A stretch of DNA of 64,000 nucleotides, taken from the NCBI GenBank assembly GCA_051362555.1, contig CM120647.1:16406651-16470650 (forward strand), written 5' to 3'. A program made the position numbers and the translations under genes. Under the pieces are notes generated by a model. The model saw only the letters and a program-made list of their open reading frames with translations, was not told the DNA's origin and did no database searches. This DNA is from Lingula anatina. Taxonomy: Eukaryota > Animalia > Brachiopoda. Shown here piece after piece: positions 37,006-61,566 of the stretch; position 1 is the first letter of the stretch, and every line of letters begins with the position of its first letter.

Positions 37006-37380
37006 TTTGTCCACATTTGATCATGTGACCTTAGACCTCATGAAGATTTCAGCCAGGTCAGTTTGATAAAAAGGTTAGGGAGATATATTAAATTGTTTAT
37101 TTCCGATTGGTGTATTAATAGATATCGTTACACAGAGAGAAGTTTTCGTTTTGCGTTGTAATCTAGCATGCGTGTTTTGACCTAATTTATATAAAATGGG
37201 TCAAACACCTTCGCGAGAATAGAGACCACAAAACGAGATTTGAGATGCCAAAAGTGCACTTCCGGAATTTCGGGACTGGAGCCAAAGAATGGGATTTTTG
37301 ATAAATTTTGGGCTAAGTTGTTTACGTAGGAAGTGATGTGAGCGTCCAGGGTTAAAACAGAGACTTAAGCAGACAACACA
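37006..37380. promoter_or_regulatory. Bidirectional promoter LACTB2 - STK3/4
   Basis: Divergent ATGs are 375 bp apart. TCATGTGAC at 37021-37029, TCGCGAGA at 37211-37218, and ETS-like CACTTCCGG (~37257) and AGGAAGTG (~37328). Confidence 0.6.
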
Positions 37381-48504
<11,124 letters not shown>

Positions 48505-50675
48505 TATCTTTTTTTTAATGTATTTATATATATACACATGTTCCAGATAGCAGAAACTCATCTTGAGTTTGGTTATCATTGTATTATAGCTGCAATAGAA
48601 GGGAAAGAGACACAACAGTTTGACTTGTGACACAATTTGAAATTTCACCGTCTTCGCTGGAGGCTTGGTTTTGTGACAGATTGTTGCCCATTGATAGTTT
48701 GATTTGGCACAGTTTATATTTCACTTGACAGAAAAAAACAACACAGCAATTGACTTTTGGTATAATTTTTACTGTTAGGAAGGTCATGACCTTGACCAGA
48801 GGAGTCATGACCTTGACCTGAAGCTTGACCTTCAGTGTTATTCGGCTGCCAAGTGACATATATTTCAGCAGAAATTATTGAGGATGCTGTGGATAACACA
48901 GTAAAACTGAAGGAACATTTTTGATGTGATTTTATAAATTAAAAAATATGATGTCTCTTATCAAAGCTGGTCCACAGTGATGCACAGTTATGGATTCATT
49001 TATTTACTATTTGGGATACCATAGCCATCATAAAGATAAATTAAAGAGGATATGACCTTTACAGGAAGGTCATGACCTTGAGGATATGACCTTGAAAGGT
49101 TATGACCCTTACCAGGGGTTTACTCATCTACAGATAAAACTGAATGGAAACAAAGAAGGCACAACAACTCTTAGCTTGCTTTTATACATTTGAGTGATCT
49201 GTGAGGATTGATCTCTGATTTTATATGTCTGTAGCAATCAACAAGTGATTACATTTACCCATGTTTTATTTGTCACAATAACATCGATGATATACTTGAC
49301 TAGATCTATTAGTTGTAGAGATTTAAGTTTTCTGGGTCTGCAAATATGGATAAATTGGGTGTTGTAAATATGCACCCCAGACCCGCCACCTGTCAACTTT
49401 TTGGTTCCACCTTTATCTGTTTTGTTATTGGCTACAATTGAAAACAGTATGTCAGTTGGTCCTAGTGTCCTCTCCCTGAGCTGTGTCACAACCTCTTTTT
49501 GTCATCATGAAGAGTGATTTTTAAGTAAATATACCATTGATGTGTGTGTATGTAAAACATTTATTAAATTTTTATCCATCAACTGTTAACACCAGCATCA
49601 CAAGCTTCTTGTTTCAGTAATTCAATTTAAAAACAGCAAATTCCAGTATTTCTGAAAAAAGTGATGACTGCTGTTTATCTTTGATCTCATGACCTTTGAC
49701 CTGGACTGACCTTTTCCATAACCAACCTTCGGCCTAATTTCCCTTTTTTTTTTTTTTATTCAATCATTTTTTCTTGATTCATCATTAATTAATGGAAAAA
49801 TAATGTGGTTATGGGTAGATTTTTCCCAAAACTCATTCAAATTTGGATCCTGTCATTTTATTGCTGTAGATTTTATAGCATTGCAAAGTTCACTGTAATT
49901 GATAAACGATTATGACAAAATTCTGAAAAAAAACTGTCATCTATTTATTGCTGCAACTGTAATGAAGATGTTTCCAATGCCTGTTCCAATGTGTCACCCA
50001 AATGATCAGAAACTGATAGTCCAGGATTTGAAATGTCAGCCATATTCTTAACTTATACATTATCTTAAGTAATTATGAATAGCAGTGGTTATCATCCAGG
50101 TACTGTTTTACTGTACATTACAATGAGGCTTGGGGACTGCTGCCTTCAAAGCATGGAGAGATGTGATTACTGTTAGTATCAGTATGATAATGAACACAGA
50201 ATACACACTATACACGATGCAGGAGCCAAGGTTGGGGGTGGGGATGGGGGGAAGGTTTTTTTTTTTCAATTGAAATTTATTGAACAGTTGCAGTTGCTTT
50301 TGAGTTCACAATTGGCACATGTATAAAGTTTTTGTTGGCTTTTGAGTAAAGGGAAGGGCTTTGGGGGGGGGGGGGAGGGATTGTTCACATACACAACAAC
50401 TATGTTTTACCAGCTGCAGTCTATTTACCAATAAAAATCTCTTAACCGGCCTATGTACCGCAGATATAAGATATTCACTTGATTGATTCAAGATGTCTCT
50501 CTTAAACCAGTGGCCAAGATTGAGAACTCCTCTAGGTCACTGCAGAAAACCTGGTTGTGTTGTAGATGGGTTGTCAGGAAATTTTAATGGGCAGTTCAAG
50601 GTGGCGTCTTAAAGATGTGGAATTTTTTGGCGCTGTGTCTTTGATGCCAACAAAAAGGGACACCACTGAGAATGC

Positions 50676-50712
<37 letters not shown>

Positions 50713-52355
50713 TGCATCTGATGATAATTAGAAACCCCTTGGTGCAATAATACCTGTGTTACACCCCAAGTTCCAAGGTGCAGAGAATGACACTTGTTTT
50801 AATATTTCCCTGGAAAACCAACATTGTATTGGGCACCACCCAAAGGAGGTCCCACTTAGAAGTTTTTTCTACCCACGCATGACTCTAGTACCTAATTGCA
50901 ACCTTATAAACCATACCCATGTGACCCCATAAGTTCCCTAGTTCAATCAGTGGCCCATGATAAAATGAATAAAATCGTACCCTAGTGACCCCTTTTAAAT
51001 TTTTTCTAGTTCATTTGGTGATCCCCATGCTGAAGTTATAACTAGTATGACATTTGTAGTTATATATTGGAGACGCCAAGATAAATTTAAAAATACGTGT
51101 GTTTGTGTGATTATTATTGGTGCATTTTGATAATGTAAGTGCATCCCTCACTGTACATTTATACACGCCATATAGAATAATCCTGTTACAGGCCCATTCG
51201 AAAATAAAAGTCAGTTTTTACTCATTTTGTGTTTTGGTGTTAGCTTTAATTGTTTGACATGTATGATATATGATGTTGCCCCAGCTTTACAGCGTAACGT
51301 GTAAGGCCTCTTACACAATGGCACGTGTGACGGACTTCAAGTTATATATCCTAAAGGTGGAGCCACTTACAAATGGCGTGCAGAAGTTGTAGCACTACTG
51401 TCGCATGGCTGGTATAAAATGACCAAAACATTTTCGAACTTTTGCTGGAACCAATACAAAAAAGGACTCTTACTGCGTATGATAAAATACAATCTGCAAC
51501 GAATGATGTGACGTCGAAACACGAGATGTATTTTGAAAAATATTCATTTCACGCTAAGTTTAAGTCGAGATGCACATTTATCACATATGTGGAGTCGGAA
51601 TTTGCATGAAGAAATTGAATACTTTTCATATGCAAACTTTCTGTCACAAGGATTGTAACATGGACGGACAAAGAGAACGAGGATGTTGAAACGCGGGATT
51701 AGTTTTGAAAAGTATTTATTTCTTGCTAAGTTTAAGTCGAGAACCATTGTAGGAATGTGCCACAGAGATTTACGCAAACGAAACCAAAATTTCCAAATCA
51801 TTTATCTTTGGGTGAAATTAGAAGTTCATCACTCGTGAATATCAGGCAACTTTTCAGATTCACAAATATAGTTTATTTCATAAAAATACATGGATATTTA
51901 TATACATTGTTAAAACATTTGTTTTCGTTATCTTTAAAACGGTCGAGAAAAATGTTTACAAAATTTACATTTTCGACTCTGTCTTTACATAAATAAAGGT
52001 TAATGGAAACTTAAACTGAAGTCCTGTTGAATCCTTTCCATGACTGAAGTCTTGACCCCGCGGATGATTCTCGTGAAATCGACGTTGCCATGGTGACATC
52101 GAGATCTCGCGATATGGAGAACGTTTTTGTTTGTCAAACTATGCACTTGCTGAAGTCAACCTGAGTCCATATATTTGTACCATCGAATTGTGTTTAAAAA
52201 AGGTGCCACTTACAGTTCTTTTACAATATAAGATACATACACTATAAATAAAACATCAGTTTTAACTTGAGTTGACATAGGGATTTCTTGATAGAAACAA
52301 AAAGGTGATGGATCAATTTTTAAAAAAATATTCCTGCTTCAAAAAAGTCCCGCTG

Positions 52356-55216
52356 CTAATGACATCCACAAGACTTGACAACCATGTTGCGATATTTCTT
52401 CAAAATCACGTTCGAGTTGTCGTCAAAGTAAAGCACCGAAATGGCCGTCAGTTTGGTGGGGGCGCAGCACGGTTTTGGAATTTTCTCCGGCTCCATGAGG
52501 TGAACTAGAGTCTGAACTATGGCGTGGTTTGTGGCGTTCATTTGAGCGTTCAGTGGAAAAGCACACTCGCCGTCACAATAGAACGCTGAGTATCCGTCCG
52601 GAGCGATAATCCAGTCCTGTATAAGAACCAAACAAGATTTAATCAATTAAATGTTCGGTAACTAAAAAATTACATCGATCTTTGAATAACAAATTATGAC
52701 GATTCCTTAATATAAAATGAAATAAATATGTCATCGGATGAATACACGATACATCAAATATAAAAACACCCGAACCGTTCATGAATCATTCAACAGCGAA
52801 ATACTTAATATTATTTTACATAAATTTGAAAAGTTCCGACGGTTAAAAAATCCAAATCTATGAATAAACATTAACGGAAAATAACGAAAAGATGCCTCGT
52901 TTACAACAAGTATATTCAATTATGCAGATAATGGTGTTAGATGTCGAATAACTGACGTACGAAACAGACGGTAAAGTAGCTAATACGAGAGAGAGAGAGA
53001 GATTGCCTCACCTGCCACCCAAGGGCTTTAAAACTGACATAAAGTGTTTTTCTTTTGCATGACTTTATGTTATCTGAAACGCAAAGAGTAAACAAAATTT
53101 ACTTTGAATGTTAACAAGACATACCCATACACTGAAAAAAGTACAATTCTACATATGGACCAGTTGACGTGGCCGTCAGAAAATTTATAGTAGTTACAAT
53201 ATGTCACATGCAACTTTTTTTTGTAAAGTATTGATTCAGCCGAACAGCTCGAAAGTGTTAAACAGTATTAACCATCACATTAGAGGGGCCAAGCAATTCT
53301 CGTCTGCGTTAAAAAAGCCAAAAATTTCACTCACATGAAGGTGGCGCAAACATCTGTAGGGGCTCGTCAGGGTAACTGATTTCGAGGTTTTTCCGCTTAG
53401 CGGCACGTGCTGCCCTCGTGCGACGAACGTGAAGTTCTTGTGCCGTCTTGAAAAAGGAGACCAGGAATGCCTGCTTGTCGTCTGCTCCCTTTCTTCCAAC
53501 TATCCCAGCTTCCCAAGGGTGAACATCTTCTCCTAAGAAAAAGAAAGATGAAGACATTAATCCTTTCCGAGTGAGAATGAAAATAAACACGCTTAGTAAC
53601 GCTCAAAAAGTGTTTGCTATAAGCTCTCTCTGTCTCTCTCTTTTTCTTTCTTTCTCTACATACATTTAACTTTGAAAAAACAAAACTCGGGTCACGCTGA
53701 ACAATGATCCGATATACACACGTGGATGGACTCGAGCAATTTTACCGGTGTCGATTACTCTTTAAGTGAAATCAACAAGCCTCGGTGTCAGCGCTCGTTA
53801 TCAGTGACGAAACACGCGGTTAACGGTGTGTGGTCCGCGTGCAGCGTCATGTCTCCCAGCCACGGGTGTCTGCCGAAACATCGGCTAAGGTTACCCAACA
53901 ATTTGGTTACTTGGTCCATTACCGTCATTTAATGTGGCGCGAAGAGAGAAATTGAGAATTGATTTTTTTTTTTTTTTTTTTTTTTTGGCACAAGCACGTT
54001 GCCACGACTGGAGAGTTTAAGAAAACGTGGCTGATAGACCTAATGAGCATCTGTAGCGATGATGAATAGGCAAGATAAATTAACAATTTAACAAAATCAG
54101 ACAGAAAGACTGACAGAAAGACAAAAAACCAGAGAGCCGAAGGGCAGTGCTACCACAAAATTGTGCACTATGAATTTGCACGTTTGTAATTGTATCCATA
54201 AAGATTACCTTTTTCGTTGTGGACAGAAAGAAATAGTCCCAGGTTGTATGCTGGAAAAGCTTGCCACAAGGTGGCAGCATGTGTGACATTCATGAGGATC
54301 CATCCGTCCATAGATGCCAGGACAGTTTGGTTGGATTCAATCCTAAGAAATTTGTCTCTGAGGAAATAAATAAATAAATAAATATAAGCCATATTTTTGT
54401 TGATCTATCGATTACAATGTTCAAAGAGGGATCAATTGTATGTCAATCCTAGAGTTTTTGAAGTATAGACTACGAATTAAGTATAATTTCTTCCTACTGA
54501 GTGTTCGTTAGAGTAATGTTGTTTGAAACAAAATGCATATTCGATGATTTTCCAGGGAACCTTGTTGCCGAAGAACGCCAGACTTCATATTTTAGGAACA
54601 CCGCTTTGAATAAACGTGTACGAAGAGACAAAACACCATTCTGCTTACATTACACACCACTATGTAAAACATAACCAATAGTGTTAAATTTGAACAGGTA
54701 ACAAATATTATTAAAATATTTAGGTTACAAATATTTTACTTTGTTCGGATAAGCCATCTCCTCTAACACAATCAATAGTATTCTACGTTCATCGACTGCT
54801 TCCGTACATTGGTTAACACCGTCGATCATGTGCGGAATCGGCCGAGACTGTCCGAATGACACCGATCTCAAGTGCCAGAAAAGTATCAATTCAAAAGAAA
54901 CGACGAAAAAGTTGGGAAAAAAAAACATACGCAAATATATTTCTGAAAATCGATCTAAACCATTTTAAGGAGAAAAATAAGAATTTATATTTTTCTCTTT
55001 TTTCTAAAAAATCTAATTGTTCTTACTCTGGATCTTGCCCCTGTTCTACTCTGTAAACTTGAATGGTAAACGAGGTATTCGGCAGCGCGCCCTCTACCGG
55101 TGTTTTATACAACCTCAGCTCAGCTCCGGTAATCGTTTCCTCCAGTGGCACCTCGCTGAAGTCGAAGTAAAACCGCCTGTCTCTCTCATGGCGTATTATG
55201 GGCCGCTGAGTCTCGG
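52356..55216 (-). CDS. BMP7: BMP5/6/7/8 (gbb/60A-class) ligand, 5'-partial
   Basis: Exons 55216-55027, 54357-54209, 53532-53335, 53073-53012 and 52616-52356 join in frame. Prodomain [17 protein letters not shown], furin site RRTR, and 7-Cys mature domain [63 protein letters not shown]. The first exon was not found in the window. Confidence 0.95.
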
Positions 55217-55558
55217 CTGTAAAATTAAAATGGATATTTAGTAAATTTCTCTTTGCTTAATATGTTGTTAGTACCTCAAATAACACTTCCGGTGCGCTCC
55301 AACATTTTCATTATGATTATTACTATAATTTTCAAATCTCCGCATGTACACGCTTTTCGGCCGATTAGCGGACATACGTTACAATATTAAAGTGAAGTTT
55401 CTAGCACGCATCGGATCTGAAACTTTGGTTAAATGTAATAAAATCATACAGCGCATTAGAACTACATGTTTTTAGTAAAATAATGAAAAGAAAATATTGC
55501 ACGTTTAAGTGTCAGTAAACATGAAAAAAATCGGATCATTTGCGACGTAAGATTTTAA

Positions 55559-55768
55559 GGGCGCATTCCCATATATTTTAGATCGATCTATCCCCGTGGG
55601 GAGTCTCACTAGATTACTGTCAGATAATCCGGCTTAAATGTCCGTCCCGCCTACTACAAGCTGTAAGGGGGTAATTAACTTTCGTGCCCGCTCGGCTGAC
55701 AGCTATTTAGCGTGAACCCCCAGGGAGTTAGGTCGATCTAGTTGGATCGATCTAATCTCTGGGAATGA
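55559..55768 (+). mobile_element. PIF/Harbinger-like MITE family, copy 2
   Basis: Similar to 60534-60779 and to the reverse complement of 18911-19126; preceded by TAA. Confidence 0.8.
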
Positions 55769-56709
55769 TGTCAGGCGGAATAAGAAATGTTAGTCGGAAT
55801 CATTACATATGAATACCTTTCTTAGGTATCAAATTCGTAATTATGTGTTTACGATTATACAGTCGTAGGCAATAGTACTTACTTTATTTTCTGAACAAAT
55901 TCAAGTAAAGAAAAGAGCTAAGGAAACCGAAAGAAATTTGCAACACTGTTTTTATATATCCATTTCCATTAAAACCTACAATGCGGTACTTAGGTTCAAG
56001 TGTTTTGAACGTCTTATATGTTTAATGTTTGAACGAACCTGACAGTTATGTTGTGTGTGTTTCAAAAAAGTCTCGCTTCGTGGGAATGACCTTTATTTAT
56101 TGGCAAATATTTCCCTATTTATTTCTGATTCTTTTCATTCTTCTTTTTTCCAATATCTAATTTCTGTCCAATATTCATCAGTTTATTCACTATTTTCAAT
56201 TTATTTACTCAGTGTTTGATTGTTTGTTTATTCATTCAGTAGTGACCATTTTGGAGAAACTATTGGCCTATAAAGAAACAAAATGAAGCAAACACAATGT
56301 TGCTCATTACTTAAGATTATTATCATTGTTACTTTTATTATTAACTCCTTCATTAAATAAAAAAGATATCAATGGGTTATGGTTTAACATGTCTATAATA
56401 AAAGAATAACACATGTATAAACGTAAAGAATTCCAGCGACGTGTTGAGCACTGTGCAAGAGGGTAAGGTTTCATGCGTTTGACCTTGCCATAAACCCGTC
56501 AGCTTCTAGTAATAGGTTCATTTAGCAAAGTTTGTTATTCTAAGGTGCGGTGATTAGTGTTACCCATTAACTGCCCATTGCCCCTGCCTCAAGAAAATAA
56601 CTGTCACTTTTTGGAAACGCACGATAAAGAACGTGTTTAGGGAATCTGGTACGTAGCTGTTGTTAAATGTGACCCGTTCGAGTTGCTTGAAACTTGTTTT
56701 GGTGCCAAG

Positions 56710-56760
<51 letters not shown>

Positions 56761-57584
56761 GGAGAGAGAGAGATTGAAGAAACTCCATCCAGATCTACAT
56801 TACTACCTCGAAAAGAAAGATATGACACAGCAGAGAACCATATTCAACTGCTCATATTCAAGGGTTTGAATGACGATAATTTTAGCCTTTGACAAACGAA
56901 AATTGCAATCAATTAAAGAAATAGACAGACAACCAACTAGGGGTTTAAAACATACTCTTATTGGGGGAGGTACTTGGACCGTGTGAACATCTCAAATGAA
57001 TCTGAAGGCGCATGGCCGTTGAGTATAACGCAGTACTAGTGTGTTTGTCGAATATGTAACTATTGGAAGAGATCCGGTTAGTGTTAAATTAAACCTAGCG
57101 CAAAATAGTACAATTTAGATTTCAGAAAAATGTTCGATAACCTTTTGTTAGGCCTACTTATGGAGACATAATATTTAACTTATACTAGAATCTCTGATAC
57201 TAAACTGTCTGAGAGTCATATACTCCTTTCTTTTATTCGGTTCCTTTCTTGTCTTTCTCATGTTTTTCTGTGTCATTTATGTAAAACAGAGCGTTATATA
57301 TCTCTCTCTCTCTCTCTCTCTTCAAGAATAGTACTGCTAAACGAAAACATATAACGAAGACGAGACGCATACCGGATACTGACAAAAATCACATATAACT
57401 GCAAAATAGTAACACGTGAATCCAGTGTATTAACCTTTACTAAAGATGTTTAAGTTTCCTTTTCCTGGCCCATGACATAAAGCAGTGGTTTGTTTACTGC
57501 CTCAAATACTTCAAGTACACTGATTTGACTGTTAGCTTACGTTAGAACTGGAGTTATAGGAAACAGGCTTGAAAACACGGAGAG

Positions 57585-57628
<44 letters not shown>

Positions 57629-58724
57629 AAATATCCCTTTCTGTTTAATATTACAAAAGTTTGTCAAAAGAATGAGACACATTTCAAAAGAATGACAATG
57701 AATACGAATAAAAAAGAGGGAAAACAAGTATCCACAGTCAGTCACAATCTGTTTAGTATCAACCGTATAATAAATTTTAACAAGTAACTGAAATACGTCG
57801 TAAAGCAGTGGGTCGTCCAATTACAGTACTTACATGCATCGTCAACTTGAAATTTAATCAATTAATGCATTACTTAATGATTTATTCAGTGCTCTCCTGC
57901 GTGATGGTGATAAACTTTGGGTCACTAAGCAAGGGTATCCATATCCCGGGCACAACTACAAGTCCAATAACCAAGAACATGGATAAACAGCCACCGACTA
58001 TTTATCCATGTCAGGGCGTAATGGAGTTACGGTAGGGCCTCGTAACGTATAACGTGGCGTATGTGTGACGTAAGTAATAGCACTTCAGGGCATGCTCGCG
58101 ACATGATATGACGTCAGTGTTAACGAGAACTCGCCCCGCTTCATGGCACAATCCTGAACCAAAACACCCCATTACGTATTGAAGTTAAGGGAAGTATCCC
58201 ATCTTATCTTACAAGCTTAACTACAAAATACTGCAAATACTTAATATTTGTACAACATGAGTTTAAATTTAAGAGATTTAAGGACGCATTCAGAGCCAGT
58301 AGACCCGCGGACTAGTTAGTCCGCGGATCAACTATGGCGCAACCAGAACGCAGAAAGCATGCCGAGATTCAACTGCCCCTGTTGGGCGAGAGAATAAAAA
58401 TATTGTACTTTGTGGCATAGCGTATTCGTGATATTTTTTGTATATTTACTCTTTTCTTCTTATTTATAACCCCAAAGGAATTATGTATTTATTGAAACAT
58501 TAAAATGGCCAGAATCACAATGAAGATGTTAGGCCTATCTATCAATATTCCTGTTAAATAAAATGCTGTTCAATTTCTATTTTTGAGAATAGGCCACTAT
58601 GCTTTTCCCCCATGTGTGGATACTTTGGGAACAGTGCATTTTCTATATATCTTGATTTACAGTAAGATAAATGGATGGGTAATGATATTTTAATGTTTGT
58701 TGTCTCAAGGTCTTCCGCTGGTTT

Positions 58725-59013
58725 TCTTTAATCTTAGAAGTAAGGTCTATGAAATAAAAACCTCTTATCGGTTTCGTGCCCTCTAGATGGGTTTTAAATA
58801 TGGGGACCTCCATTAAATTGTGTCGTATCATAAATGAAATGACCTTCCGTTGGATTCCTTTAATCTGAGAAATGAGGTCTATGTAATAAAAGCCTCTTAT
58901 CGGTATCGTACCGTTTGGTTTGGTTTTGAAATAGGGGGTCTAAATTAAATTGTGTCGTTTAATAAAAGAAATGTCCTTCCGTCGGATTTCTTTAATCTCA
59001 GAAATAAGGTCTC
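58725..59013. repeat. ~132 bp tandem repeat, about 2.2 copies
   Basis: TTTAATCT.AGAA.T.AGGTCT recurs at ~132 bp spacing with conserved CCTCTTATCGGT and ATTAAATTGTGTCGT. Confidence 0.85.
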
Positions 59014-59058
59014 TGTTACATAATCCGTAGTCTATTTCTTACTGTTTTGATTTTTTTT

Positions 59059-59094
<36 letters not shown>

Positions 59095-60533
59095 CATACA
59101 CCATAGAAAAGCATTTGATTATAGGCCTAGTATACTAGAACTGGCAGTGAAAATGAACGACTGTCAAAATTGACAACTGTTATCAACTTCACGTGTGAAA
59201 ATTCACTTTGGACCAACCCTTCCACAATCAGCTTTTCAGTCAAGAAACACCGAACAATAACCCCAGTTATTACATTTCAATAATCTTTATTTGATCGCCG
59301 TTTCACGCTGTTTGCTTGTCAAACTGTTGTCCTCCGGTACAAAGGGTAAACGATCCGCTGCGATGTTATTCTATCATTACAATACACTACGAGCCCGTTT
59401 GTATCCCGAGGGAGAGTGACACCGATAACTTTGCGTCGGATTTCGTCCGCTGTTAGCTCTTCTCGTTTTTTGTTTACACGCAAAGTGTTTTGCCGCCCTC
59501 ACACCGATTTATCAAAAACCGCTTTGGGTTTTTACAATTAGAAGCTTTGATCCTCCCCCCCCCCCCCCCCCCCAAAAAAAAAAAAAAAAAAAAAAAGAAA
59601 GAAAGAAAGTCCGGTGTTAAAAATCTGAAGGTCCGCGTAACCGAGCCTCTCACAAAGTTTCCGCTTGCCCTAAATGACATTATGCTGAATGTCGTTATTA
59701 AAACACTTCCAAACTTGTTAAAATTTCACAATGCGAATGCATCTGTGATAGCGCTGTCAGTAGACAATTCAGTGTTGCAGATTGTATATATCAGAATTAC
59801 CCCCCACCCCCTGCCTCCTACCCCCTGGGTCCGAGCGCCACTGTGAATAAACGGTGCACAAATACATAAGGTGTCACAACAGTTACCGTACTGTTACGAC
59901 TTCCTGCCGGGGGCACCGGAAGAGTTTTACCCCAAGTGTAAACTCCCACTCACTATAGTCCTTTTTGAGAGAGGGGTGTCTGTTTGCGGAGCTGGGACTG
60001 TCTCGTGTTGCCATATCCCCCCGAGACATCCAAACGCAAATATGTTCCGACAACTTTTTGATGTATTTAAAAGCCCTCCAACACGAGTAATGCGTCTTAG
60101 GTCTTGCCACAGCAAGAGGTGTCTTTTTTTCTAGCACCGCTACATCGCCTTTCCTTACTCTCATAACTTTCTACTTATGAAGACATCACGCATTTTTACT
60201 AATATATGATAAAAATTAATTAACAGTAAAAGGGCTCACATTAGTATCAATAAATCCGACTTAACCCTAAACGTAAGAAGTTTAAGTACAACGCCCTGGA
60301 ACGGAATCTTTCTCTAAATCCTTGATGAGTTACCACCCGTCCTGAACGAATGGAGAGTAGATAAGAGAAGTGGTCCACTAGGTCTGCTGACAGTCAGTTA
60401 ACGTCATTACAGAGAGAATCGCAGCCACCAAGAGCCCCGTCGTGGTGTGAAGGACTGTAGCTAATGAATTATATCGGTCTAGCACTAACTCAACGGGGAC
60501 TTTCGTTGAATTGCCGTCAAATTGACAGAATAA

Positions 60534-60779
60534 GGGACCATTCCCATAGATATTTGGATCGATCTATCTCCCTGGGGAGTCTCACTAAATTGCTATCAAT
60601 TAAACCGGCTTAAATGTCTGTCACGCCTACTAAAGCTGTTGGGGGGTAATTATCTTTGCCCCCTGGCTGATTCGGTAGGCGTGACAGACATTTAAGCCGG
60701 CAAGTTGATAGCATTTAGTGAGACTCCGCAGGGAGTAAGACCGATCCAGATGGATCGATCTAGGCATGGGAACCCAGTC
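60534..60779 (+). mobile_element. PIF/Harbinger-like MITE family, copy 3
   Basis: TAA direct repeats at 60531-60533 and 60780-60782; long internal inverted arms. Confidence 0.85.
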
Positions 60780-61520
60780 TAACACGGCTTCTCCTAGAGT
60801 TGAGTAGAAAAGAGTAAAGCTGGTGGTTACACCGAGGATTTCCACGAATACGTTGAAAAGAAGAGGAGGCGTATATGTCAATATGTTAATCTGATTGCAT
60901 TCAGCGAAAGTCCTCGTGGACTTAGCACGTGGTAGATAGGCCGATGGAATTCACTGTGAACGGCTCCTTAGATTCAAACCGGTTCTTTTCGTGTAAAGCA
61001 ATCCGTTTTCAGCTTAACTGATGATGTTTTATTTTCTCACATCCAAAGTGTTCAATGTGACCGACTGCGCACTACTGCGGTAGATATTAAGAGATTGCTA
61101 TTTAGTTTCAAAAAGCACCGATTGAATTAACTCACCCGGTTTAAATGGAAGATTTTAAAAGGTAAGTGAGCCTCGCTTAAATGGGTGTTTTCTGTCCCGC
61201 TCGTATGGCTTCATTCATCATGCCTATTGAGAATAAATAGCCTTAAAAAGTCTTTTATGTTTTGGGGATGTCATCATAATAAAACCAGCATTTCGACGGC
61301 TTTTCCCCCATAGCTTTGATGATTGCCGAAACAGCTTAACAAAGCGCTTCGTAAATTTGTCTTCTAATATTTCCCGTGATATTGTTTTGGCTTAACAGGG
61401 TCTGTATGAGGTATAATATTTCATTTAATAGTCTCCTGTTATCGCATCATTCATACGCTACTGCTATCTTTTTCTTGACAGTGTGTTTTATTTGATTCGA
61501 TTTATAACACTCTTTCAGCA

Positions 61521-61566
<46 letters not shown>

